Shown here: positions 1 to 7,809 of the stretch, piece by piece
How the letters are laid out: each line of letters opens with the position of its first letter
Position numbering within the stretch: position 1 is the first letter of the stretch
From: a virus
Taxonomy: Duplodnaviria; Caudoviricetes
Direction: 5' to 3' (one strand)
DNA length: 64,000 nt
Virus record (IMG/VR): IMGVR_UViG_3300049458_000012
Span: 1 to 64,000 of that record
Translations under genes and position numbers: made by a program
The notes under the pieces: model-generated
What the model saw: the letters and a program-made list of their open reading frames with translations, nothing else
Told to the model about the DNA's origin: nothing
Databases searched by the model: none

Positions 1-69
1 CTCCCACACCAACACGGCCCATTCCGGGGACTCGAACCGCAATTACAATCGACTGGCTTTCTCGAACAT
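1..69 (-). pseudogene. 5' fragment of a conserved phage gene (MFEKASRL*LRFESP...) with an in-frame TAA; runs off the window edge
   Basis: AGGAG RBS then ATG at 69; TAA in frame at 45-43; the N-terminus resembles the small gene I recall following the 672-aa protein in other phages (from memory, unverified). Confidence 0.4.
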
Positions 70-86
70 TGCATCCGTCTCCTGTT

Positions 87-2105
87 TTAAAATGCGACCC
101 GCAGGTCACGTGTGAAAGAACCTTTCGCGCGCACGATGATGTGATCGCGACGCGTGGCCGAAAACCCCAGCCCGCTCAATTGGCGGACCGATTCCCCGGT
201 TTTCATCTTTGCGCCGACCAACTCCAGCACCTTTCGATGGGCGTTGAGGTCCGCGCCTAAGAACTCATTGTAAAAGCCCCGGGCCGTGCCGTCGTTACGG
301 CAGTTGTTCAGCATGAAGAAGTAGTGTTCGTTGCCAATGCCCGAGCCTCCCCAGAAGTTAGGCGAGCGGCATATTGCTGCGACGGGCTGAAATTCCTGCG
401 TCTTCAAGCCCCACAGCTCCCTCGCGGCAGTGGAAGAAGGCAGCGACTTCAAGATGTCAATGCCTCTTTCGCGCGAGTAGTGGAACTCCACCACGGGCAC
501 ATTCTCGTTGTGCCGCAACGGCTTTTCGTACACGAACCGCCAATGCTCGGTGCCCAGGTACTCCATTTCAATCTCGAAGCCGACGTCAACCGATTCGCGC
601 TTGTTGAATTGGTGCACAAAGAGTTTGTATGTGCCTTCCCGCATTTTGGTGCGCGTTGGATAGAAGATGTTTTCCACCGGGGTGCGACTTTCTCCCCCAA
701 CGTTCATGTCTACATCCAACGTGCCGTTCGAAGGGGACCAGACGCGCTTGTTGCGAAATGAGATCTCATAGCCATTCGGCTCGATCATGTGCAAGTCGAG
801 ATCGTCCGTATTGAACCAAGCCAACCGGGTGAGCAGATCCCCCGTCACGTTTCCGCCCGCCCGCTTCACGCGCTCCTTTATCGAGTCCGCGACGTCGCCA
901 ACGTAAGACCAGCTGAAGGCATTAGGCCACTTGAACAGGGGGCGGGCGGTTGGATCAACCGGGGCGATAAGGCTCACGAGGTTGCCCGCGTGCCGATTCT
1001 CGAACAACACCTCCAGCGCCGTCACCCGCGGCAAGACGTCACGGACAAACTCGCTGACGCTCACCTCTTCCACTCGATCGAAGCTCTTCGCGGGCGTCTT
1101 CACGGCCAGGGAGTCGAATACATCCGCACCCAGGGCCTGCCGGGTTGTTCTGTCTGCGAAGAGCAGATCATTGATGCTGATGTCCTCCAGGTGCGCGTAG
1201 CGGCGCTCCAACGCGGAGAGCAGCCCTAACTCGGTGAGGGTGGCCTTCGCGGCGTCGATTTGCTTCTTCGTGACCAGCGCGGTGGGGCGCTTGTAATTCT
1301 GCGGAGCCACAACCGCTTCATACCGGCGCACCGCGGCTTCCAACTCCATGCCGCCCGAGAGGTCAACGAGGAGCGTGCCGATGGCGGTGTTGCGGATCTT
1401 CGAGACGGAGACGTGCTGCACGCGAATCGATGCCCACACAAAGATGTGCTTTTCGCTTTCCAGCGCGAAACTTTGCCACGCCTCCTGGGCTTGTCGGAAC
1501 TGGCGTGTTGCGGTCAGCATCTCCGTGCCGCGATACAACGACCCCTGGGCAATCAACTCCAGCACGGTGTCTACGGCCTCGGAGGACAACTCCTCCAACG
1601 AGCGGAAGAAGACGTCATGCAAAGCCCTGGCCTCCGCGAGCTTCGGCCCGATATCGACGCCCTGCGCAACGGCATCCACGGGTAAGTGTACGAAGAAGTG
1701 GTGCCATATGGTTGGTAAGGCCGCGGTCATGATCTCTCGATTACGATCGGTTCCAACCGTGCTTTCGGGGTGCAAGAAGATATTTGCAATGGGCCGATCT
1801 TTCACCATCGCGGCTAAGGTTGCAGCGACAGTCGCATACGCGGGTTCATCCGTCACGATATCCCAGATCGTGTGCACCTCGCCATCTACGATTGCGACAA
1901 CATTGCCCAGGGCCTTGACGAAGTGGCGGCAAGCGCTGCAATCGTGCTCGCGCCGCTCGCGAAAGACGGGGTTGCTCCCGGTTGGGAAGGCTGCGAGATA
2001 CGCCTCCCACAGCTCCTCCCCCGAGACCTCAACACGAAAGAGCGGGAACCCCGACATGCGGGCAAATTGCTCGGCCACGGGGATCTTGAATTTCATGAAG
2101 TCCAT
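87..2105 (-). CDS. Conserved phage protein with a YfaP/DUF2135-like domain, function unknown
   Basis: 672-aa ORF; HDCSACRHF motif; WFNTDDLDLHMIEPNG and LDVDMN..VENIFY motifs typical of YfaP-like domains. Confidence 0.6.
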   Translation of the reverse strand: MDFMKFKIPVAEQFARMSGFPLFRVEVSGEELWEAYLAAFPTGSNPVFRERREHDCSACRHFVKALGNVVAIVDGEVHTIWDIVTDEPAYATVAATLAAMVKDRPIANIFLHPESTVGTDRNREIMTAALPTIWHHFFVHLPVDAVAQGVDIGPKLAEARALHDVFFRSLEELSSEAVDTVLELIAQGSLYRGTEMLTATRQFRQAQEAWQSFALESEKHIFVWASIRVQHVSVSKIRNTAIGTLLVDLSGGMELEAAVRRYEAVVAPQNYKRPTALVTKKQIDAAKATLTELGLLSALERRYAHLEDISINDLLFADRTTRQALGADVFDSLAVKTPAKSFDRVEEVSVSEFVRDVLPRVTALEVLFENRHAGNLVSLIAPVDPTARPLFKWPNAFSWSYVGDVADSIKERVKRAGGNVTGDLLTRLAWFNTDDLDLHMIEPNGYEISFRNKRVWSPSNGTLDVDMNVGGESRTPVENIFYPTRTKMREGTYKLFVHQFNKRESVDVGFEIEMEYLGTEHWRFVYEKPLRHNENVPVVEFHYSRERGIDILKSLPSSTAARELWGLKTQEFQPVAAICRSPNFWGGSGIGNEHYFFMLNNCRNDGTARGFYNEFLGADLNAHRKVLELVGAKMKTGESVRQLSGLGFSATRRDHIIVRAKGSFTRDLRVAF

Positions 2106-2138
2106 AGGTCGTCACCTCTCATTGCATTTGGGGTTAAT

Positions 2139-2474
2139 TCAGCGGGCCTCGTCCGGCACGCACAGCTTGCTGCAGTGGACGGATTGAAGTTGATCTTCCG
2201 CGTTCATGTATTCCCGGAATATGGGCAGGGTCCTCTGGAACAATTGCTCGCGCAGCACGTCTTCGGCCTTGCGGGCGGATTCCCAATTGGCCTTGGTGCG
2301 CTTCCAACGCTGCACGGGCGTCTCGAACGCGGGCGCGGGGATGAGCTTCACCGGGGTGGCCGGAGGACAAGCGCCGCCCAGCAACGTGGACATTGAGAGC
2401 GTTGGCTCGGGCGGTGGAGGCGGTTGCTCGCACCCGGCCAGCAGTACGGAAAGAAGAATAACTGTGCGGTTCAC
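2139..2474 (-). CDS. Predicted lipoprotein
   Basis: MNRTVILLSVLLAG-C lipobox followed by a Pro-rich tether; GTG start overlaps the upstream stop. Confidence 0.7.
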   Translation of the reverse strand: MNRTVILLSVLLAGCEQPPPPPEPTLSMSTLLGGACPPATPVKLIPAPAFETPVQRWKRTKANWESARKAEDVLREQLFQRTLPIFREYMNAEDQLQSVHCSKLCVPDEAR

Positions 2475-3064
2475 TTCGGCTCCTTAATTACAGCGCGATC
2501 GATGATGTGGACTCCGAACAACTCCTGCGGGAAGGAGGGCTGGAAATCCGGGTCTTCAGCAGCCTCCTCCAACTCCGCTTCAATGCGGCCCTTCACGAAG
2601 GCTTTGAGCGTTTGGTAGTGGATCGCGGCTTTGTCCACCAGCGGGGTGGTGGCCGGGATCTTCGATTGGATGAGCTTCTTCACGAGCGTCGCCAACTTGT
2701 CGTCCCCCTTACCGAAAGCGACAACGACGGTGCGCTTGATGATCTCATCGCACTCATTCTTGCGCAGCCACTCGAACGCGGCCCACTCATTCTCCTCCTT
2801 AATGCCGGGGTGATACTCGCGCTTCACCTCAATCTCGTGGCCGGAGGTGAGGGTGAGCTTCTTCATGCCGATTGCCGTGAGAGCGGCGGGAAGCTGCACT
2901 TGCTCGATGTTGGCGAACACCGCTTTCGCGTCCTCCAGTTGCTTTTCCAGGTCCGCGACGCGCAAACGCTGCTCACGCAATGCGCGGGCCAGGTCTGCAA
3001 CTTCCGCGAGCGCCTTGGCGGGGATAACTTCCAGATCGCCCGTAAAATCGATTGAGTCGTTCAT
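2471..3064 (-). CDS. Conserved phage replication-region protein (coiled-coil N-terminus)
   Basis: 197 aa; N-terminal coiled coil, AFEWLRKN..EIIK and HYQTLKAFVK motifs, acidic tail. Confidence 0.55.
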   Translation of the reverse strand: MNDSIDFTGDLEVIPAKALAEVADLARALREQRLRVADLEKQLEDAKAVFANIEQVQLPAALTAIGMKKLTLTSGHEIEVKREYHPGIKEENEWAAFEWLRKNECDEIIKRTVVVAFGKGDDKLATLVKKLIQSKIPATTPLVDKAAIHYQTLKAFVKGRIEAELEEAAEDPDFQPSFPQELFGVHIIDRAVIKEPK

Positions 3065-3096
3065 TTCATTTCCTTCGGTAAAGTTTTAACCCAGCT

Positions 3097-3480
3097 TCAA
3101 AACCTCTCCACCATCATCTTCAAGCGTCGTATCGCCGTCACGATCTGCGGATGAATGGCATTGGCCTCCAGCATCGCGATGTGTTCTCGTAGATACCCGG
3201 AGATGAACGGCATGACGTATATGCGGAAGTCTTCGAGCCGCGCCCACTCTCCTCCTTCACTGGGCACCATGATGTCGCGGTGCAGCGATTTATCGTACAC
3301 GTCTTCGTAACGCGGCAAATCGACACCCAATTCACTAGGCTCGGGCGCTGCGCGTGCATCCACCAGGAGCTGGTGCGCAGTTAGTGCAGCCAGTGCGTAA
3401 TCATTTATGCAGCCATCTTTCCCTTGGCCGCAGAGCAGCAATCGTTCGAGCAGCTCGAATGGAACCATGATTCTTTTCAT
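3097..3480 (-). CDS. Hypothetical protein
   Basis: 127-aa ORF coupled to neighbours (ATGA overlap). Confidence 0.55.
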   Translation of the reverse strand: MKRIMVPFELLERLLLCGQGKDGCINDYALAALTAHQLLVDARAAPEPSELGVDLPRYEDVYDKSLHRDIMVPSEGGEWARLEDFRIYVMPFISGYLREHIAMLEANAIHPQIVTAIRRLKMMVERF

Positions 3481-3665
3481 CGCAAGCCCTCACGTCGGAT
3501 CAGTAGTTCCAACTCCAGGCGTTGCTTCACGGCAGCCTCCAGCACAGGAATGGGCCGCGAGTCGCCATGCGTGTCGGTGATCTCGAAGCCGTTCTCCAAG
3601 CAACTTAGAATCACGTCCGTGGATATCCGGGCCACAGGGACTCCATCGAGGGTATAATCAAGCAT
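3477..3665 (-). CDS. Hypothetical protein
   Basis: ATG at 3665 within the 3477-3755 ORF; fits the tightly packed operon. Confidence 0.45.
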   Translation of the reverse strand: MLDYTLDGVPVARISTDVILSCLENGFEITDTHGDSRPIPVLEAAVKQRLELELLIRREGLR

Positions 3666-3939
3666 CGGTCGGGTCCTTGATGCGGGAGATAACGCCATGG
3701 GCACCGGACACCGCGTAGTGACGTTGATGTTTGGAGACTTCGAGCGCCACCGCAACGTCGTCCACGTCGTCGTTGCCCATCACCCAGGGGCCGATGGGTC
3801 CCACTGGGTTCGGCGGGAACCGGATCACGAGCGTGATCTTTGTCTCGGGCTCGAAGAGGGCTGCAAGCTCTTCGAGCTTCAAGGCTAACGCTCGCGCGAC
3901 GTCGGAGAGGGTTTGCTTGGCCTCGGTATCTTGCTGCAT
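3658..3939 (-). CDS. Hypothetical protein
   Basis: 93-aa ORF in a packed minus-strand run. Confidence 0.55.
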   Translation of the reverse strand: MQQDTEAKQTLSDVARALALKLEELAALFEPETKITLVIRFPPNPVGPIGPWVMGNDDVDDVAVALEVSKHQRHYAVSGAHGVISRIKDPTDA

Positions 3940-3941
3940 GC

Positions 3942-4310
3942 TCAGCCCTTTATTGTGGAGCGTAAAACGGTTGCTTGGCCTTTGTCCCCGATCTGCAGCA
4001 CTAATCGGGTGTTTCCATCCCTATATATGACGCGCCATTGGTCAACGGCCTCCGTTTCATCCGCACAGAAAACCACGGTCCCCTGCTCCGCGGAGGGGTG
4101 GGCAATGATATCGCCTTCGTAAATATCTGAACCCGCAAAGTCCTTCCAGGGCGCTTTTCGGATGGTCGGCAAAGGGCCCCCTTTGCGCATTTCACGCACC
4201 GCAGCCCGCCACCCTGCGACATAAGCGAGCTGCGGCGAAGGGGTTTCTTTCCCGCCTTTCCACCCCGCGGCCCAGCCGCAGGCCCTGGCCCAAAGGCTTT
4301 TCTTATTCAT
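3942..4310 (-). CDS. Hypothetical protein with YopX-like C-terminus
   Basis: KDFAGSDIYEGDII motif resembles YopX (KDxNGxEIYEGDIV); ATG 4310 overlaps the helicase stop. Confidence 0.45.
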   Translation of the reverse strand: MNKKSLWARACGWAAGWKGGKETPSPQLAYVAGWRAAVREMRKGGPLPTIRKAPWKDFAGSDIYEGDIIAHPSAEQGTVVFCADETEAVDQWRVIYRDGNTRLVLQIGDKGQATVLRSTIKG

Positions 4311-5811
4311 CCGCCTGGCTCCGCATCCATGCGATAAGGTCCCCCACCGAATCCTTGAATAGCTCGCCCAGTTCAATTTTCGCGGCCACAATCCGCAGCA
4401 CCAACTCGTCCACCGTCCCCAGCACCGGCAGATCTGTGTATGTTACGGACTGCGTGGTGCCGATGCGGTGCGAGCGATCCTCGCTTTGTTGTCGTTGAGT
4501 CGCGGAGTAGCCACAGCTGAGATAGGCAACTTGTGATGCAGCGGTGAGCGTTATGCCGACTCCACCTGCCGCAGCGGTGCCGACGAAGAAACGGGTGTCA
4601 GGGTCGTTTTGAAACCGGTCAATGCCGATGCTACGGGTGTCTTCATCAATGTCGCCCCAATAAGCCACCGGCCACTTCTTCGACACGTCCATCAGCGCCT
4701 TGCACACCGCCTCGCACTCGTGGATGAACCGGCACCAGATGATCACCTTCGCCTCGCGCGGCATGTCCTCGATGAGCCCGAGGAGCGAAGTTATTTTCGG
4801 ATTGGTGGCGCCGATCGGGTGCAGCGTCTTCCCGTCCGCGGCGAAGAAGCCGCCCGTGATCTGTGCGAGGCGCACCAGCCGGGTGAAGGCGAATTTAATC
4901 GTCATCGTCGGGGACTTGCGCCGTTCGGCTTCCAACTCAATGAGCACCTCCTTTTGTGCCCGTCTATAAAGCGCCCGGTGTTCCGCGGGGAGTTCCACCG
5001 GGCGAACCTCATAGACTTTTGGCGGCAAGTCCAGGCAATCGGATTTGCGCACGGTGTAGGCGTGCGTATCGATCAAGGTCTTCAACTGATCGAGGTGCTG
5101 GTAACGGATCAACTCGGGCCGCGTCAGCACCCGCCCGGTCTTCGGGTCCTTGTGCCCGGTGTACACCTGTTCCCATTGCGCGAAGTGCGCTTTGAAGAGT
5201 GCGTAGTCCTGGAACCCGAGGAGATGCTTGCCCAGGAAACGAAACTGAGCGTAAGCATCCAGGGGACTTTCCGTCATTGGTGTGCCGGACAGAAGGCGCT
5301 TAATGGGGGCAAACTTTCCGAGGCGCGCGAGCACCTTACTGCTGTGCGCGGAAGGGGACTTTATTGTCTGTGACTCGTCCACGATCATCATGCATCGGTG
5401 CTTCAGCAGTAATCGCTGCAGCATCTTCTCGGGCTTGCTGCCCTTCGTGCGGAAGCCCTCCACGTTGAACGCAGCCACCTTCAGGTATTTATCGGTGGGC
5501 GCCTTCAAAAAGTCCTCCCAACTCTTCGCCCCTGCGATTGTATTGATCTTCGCCGCAGACCACACCTGCGTGCGAAAGGGAACGGACAGGTGCTTCGGGG
5601 CCTCGCGCTCGATCCAATTGCGATGGACCCCGTTGGGCGCAACGATCACGAGGCAATGAATCGGGAAGGCGCCGTCATAGAACCCGCACTCCGCTTCGGC
5701 CAATACAACCCAACTCTTCCCCGTGCCCTGTTCCATAAAGAAGGCGAAGCCCTTGCGGCCCCGGGCGCGCTGGAGTGCGGTGTTTTGTTGAATGAGAGGG
5801 GTTGTTTTCAT
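4303..5811 (-). CDS. SNF2-like superfamily 2 helicase
   Basis: FFMEQGTGKS (motif I), IVDESQTIK (II), LSGTP (III), QSEDRSHRIG (VI); start moved to ATG 5811, which overlaps the upstream TGA. Confidence 0.92.
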   Translation of the reverse strand: MKTTPLIQQNTALQRARGRKGFAFFMEQGTGKSWVVLAEAECGFYDGAFPIHCLVIVAPNGVHRNWIEREAPKHLSVPFRTQVWSAAKINTIAGAKSWEDFLKAPTDKYLKVAAFNVEGFRTKGSKPEKMLQRLLLKHRCMMIVDESQTIKSPSAHSSKVLARLGKFAPIKRLLSGTPMTESPLDAYAQFRFLGKHLLGFQDYALFKAHFAQWEQVYTGHKDPKTGRVLTRPELIRYQHLDQLKTLIDTHAYTVRKSDCLDLPPKVYEVRPVELPAEHRALYRRAQKEVLIELEAERRKSPTMTIKFAFTRLVRLAQITGGFFAADGKTLHPIGATNPKITSLLGLIEDMPREAKVIIWCRFIHECEAVCKALMDVSKKWPVAYWGDIDEDTRSIGIDRFQNDPDTRFFVGTAAAGGVGITLTAASQVAYLSCGYSATQRQQSEDRSHRIGTTQSVTYTDLPVLGTVDELVLRIVAAKIELGELFKDSVGDLIAWMRSQADE

Positions 5812-6293
5812 GCCTTGAAGCTCAGCAAAACGGAGTAACTGATGGCGCACCAACCCAGCCCAATAACATACCCCACCCACAGCGGCGCCCCCAGATCGAG
5901 GGCGCAATACATAGCGACAACCCCCGCGAAGACAGCAGCAATGGCGCGGGGAATGGGCCCGGCAAACTTCCGCCCACCGGGCCCGGGATCACTCAATGCG
6001 GCACTCCGCCGCCCGACCGTTGAGGAAACATCCACATGAGGAACATCAACATTGCCCTTACTCCTTTCACCTTGGAAACAGTTGGTGCCTTCCGAGCAAC
6101 CGCACTCGGGCCATCCACACTCTTTCGGCAGCCCTAGCGCTTGCCGCACATCTTCGAGACGCAGCCACTTTTGCGGGGTTGGATTGACCTTGTCCTTTTC
6201 ATCCGGGCCCCACTCCATCGAGGGCCACTCTTTCATGCGACCGTAAATGTGGTGATTGCTCGGTTGACAAACGCTGCAGACGTACACCTTCAT
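5808..6293 (-). CDS. Hypothetical membrane protein
   Basis: 161 aa; two C-terminal hydrophobic segments, Cys motifs. Confidence 0.55.
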   Translation of the reverse strand: MKVYVCSVCQPSNHHIYGRMKEWPSMEWGPDEKDKVNPTPQKWLRLEDVRQALGLPKECGWPECGCSEGTNCFQGERSKGNVDVPHVDVSSTVGRRSAALSDPGPGGRKFAGPIPRAIAAVFAGVVAMYCALDLGAPLWVGYVIGLGWCAISYSVLLSFKA

Positions 6294-6298
6294 AACGT

Positions 6299-7072
6299 TT
6301 ACCCCTCCCGCTGCGTGAGTGCGTCAGCGAGTTGGGCCGCGTAGGTATCTACGTACGCATCCCCGCCCGCGGGCGCCGCTCCACCTTTCAAACGCCACAC
6401 GTAATAGTTATTGAGCGCTGCGACCGCTTCCGGCCAGTTCCTTTCATCGATCGCATTGCGCAAAGCGGTGATCGTTGCTGCCGCGTCCATTGAGATCTCC
6501 AGAATTTGAATGTCTGCTGAGGCCCCTGCTACCTCGGGCCGTTCGTGAATCCACCAGCGGCCCGCCCCAATACGCCATGCTGGACACGACAAACAAACTT
6601 CGAACGTTTGCCCGAGGACGGTGCCGTTATGAGCGCAAGCGGACGCCAGCCCCGCGTTGAACGCAAAACAACTCGGATCGCCGCAAAGGCCCCGACTGTG
6701 CCCGTGCTGACATTGCCCCGCATTAGCGCGGACTGAACGTAAATCCAGCAGCACAGCACTAGGCGCGGCAGCCCCGTAACTGCCCCCACACTTCGGACAA
6801 ACCCACCAGACCCCTCCATTACGTGAAGCGCGCACCAACTGGGGCCGCGTTGGCGTTGATTTACCGGCCTCCCAAAACTGGCAACGTCGGCATCCGTCCG
6901 AGAGCAGCCCGAAGCCTTGATCCTCGCAATCGTCATCCGCGATGGCCAATTCATTGCCCGTCACAACACCCTCCAACGGATGAGGGGGCTCTTTCCGAGG
7001 TGACACGGTGGAGCATAGGCATGCGGCCAAATCCACCACTTCCCCCTGTGCGAGCAGCACCTGCATTGCCAT
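6299..7072 (-). CDS. Cys-rich hypothetical protein (several CxxC motifs)
   Basis: CRRC, CPKC, CQH..C...C and CAH...CLSC motifs; start uncertain (ATG 7072). Confidence 0.5.
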   Translation of the reverse strand: MAMQVLLAQGEVVDLAACLCSTVSPRKEPPHPLEGVVTGNELAIADDDCEDQGFGLLSDGCRRCQFWEAGKSTPTRPQLVRASRNGGVWWVCPKCGGSYGAAAPSAVLLDLRSVRANAGQCQHGHSRGLCGDPSCFAFNAGLASACAHNGTVLGQTFEVCLSCPAWRIGAGRWWIHERPEVAGASADIQILEISMDAAATITALRNAIDERNWPEAVAALNNYYVWRLKGGAAPAGGDAYVDTYAAQLADALTQREG

Positions 7073-7083
7073 ATGAGCATTGG

Positions 7084-7251
7084 TTAGTATCGCAGCATCA
7101 TGTCGGAGTTGGTCGGCAGATCGGTGTGCGTCACCCACCAAGCCAACACGCCCAAGAGGATCACGAAGACGATCCCGGCAACAGTGACCGTTTTTGTTCG
7201 ACGCGGAGCTTGGTCACAAGGCAACCAATCGCACTTATTAGGGTCTCGCAT
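7084..7251 (-). CDS. Small single-pass membrane protein (55 aa; not in the ORF track)
   Basis: MRDPNKCDWLPCDQAPRRTKTVTVAGIVFVILLGVLAWWVTHTDLPTNSDMMLRY; first leftward gene. Confidence 0.55.
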   Translation of the reverse strand: MRDPNKCDWLPCDQAPRRTKTVTVAGIVFVILLGVLAWWVTHTDLPTNSDMMLRY

Positions 7252-7391
7252 AGCATTACATCCGTCGTACCCCGGGAGCGGTCGATTGTCCTTGAAAAGA
7301 TGGCTAAAACAAAATGTTTTCGCTTTTCCATCTTTCCCGCGATACTCGAAGACGTCCGGCGTCCGCCGGAAGGAAAAGGAGCGGGAATTCT
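7252..7391. promoter_or_regulatory. Divergent control region with a nested inverted repeat (operator candidate)
   Basis: Intergenic between divergent starts; GAAAAGATGG..AAAACA-AAA-TGTTTT..CCATCTTTC at 7294-7336; locally AT-rich. Confidence 0.5.
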
Positions 7392-7607
7392 ATGACCAGT
7401 ACGACCGGGCGCGAGCCCGATTTGATCGGCACGGGCGGGATGGCCAGGGCCTTGCGAAAGAGCGAAGACCAAGCGTTGGTCTATTCCCGGGCCATGCACG
7501 AGCGCCGCGTTCGCGGAGTTATGCGGGCGGACAACGGTCGGTATTACGTCACCCCTGCCGCTCTGGCGCGGATGGTGCGGGAGTTCGGGAGATCGACGCA
7601 TGTGTGA
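7392..7607 (+). CDS. Small HTH DNA-binding protein (excisionase/Cro-like)
   Basis: AAGGAG RBS; LIGTGGMARALRKSEDQALVY helix-turn-helix pattern, wing-like GRYYVTPAAL. Confidence 0.55.
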   Translation: MTSTTGREPDLIGTGGMARALRKSEDQALVYSRAMHERRVRGVMRADNGRYYVTPAALARMVREFGRSTHV

Positions 7608-7619
7608 CGGAGACAAGGC

Positions 7620-7784
7620 ATGAGCGCGGAGGACTGGGCGCAAGTGTTTGTGGAGACGTGCTGTGAGGCGGGGTGGAGTGAGGATCGGGCGCTGCTCGTC
7701 TTGGAGCGTAATAAGTGGAAATATAACTACGACACGGATGATCCGGAAGAAGCGGCAGAAGAAGAGATGAACTCGCACCGATAA
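7620..7784 (+). CDS. Small acidic hypothetical protein (54 aa)
   Basis: MSAEDWAQVFVETCCEAGW...; fills the gap before the primase. Confidence 0.5.
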   Translation: MSAEDWAQVFVETCCEAGWSEDRALLVLERNKWKYNYDTDDPEEAAEEEMNSHR

Positions 7785-7809
7785 GCGCACGCACGGGGTC
7801 TACCAAACA

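Noticed and set aside
43-45. TAA stop-codon reassignment
   Set aside because: Many well-supported genes in the window end in TAA at their expected positions; a single case at the edge is better explained by mutation or error
15-60. GGTTCGAGTCCC T-arm-like motif on the minus strand (possible tRNA)
   Set aside because: No acceptor stem, D arm or anticodon arm; it lies in a reading frame (RFES) of a protein gene
7100-7790. ORF-track calls 7100-7666(+), 7161-7790(-) and 7549-8148(-)
   Set aside because: They span the divergent control region and overlap better-supported small genes (7084-7251, 7392-7607, 7620-7784) and the primase
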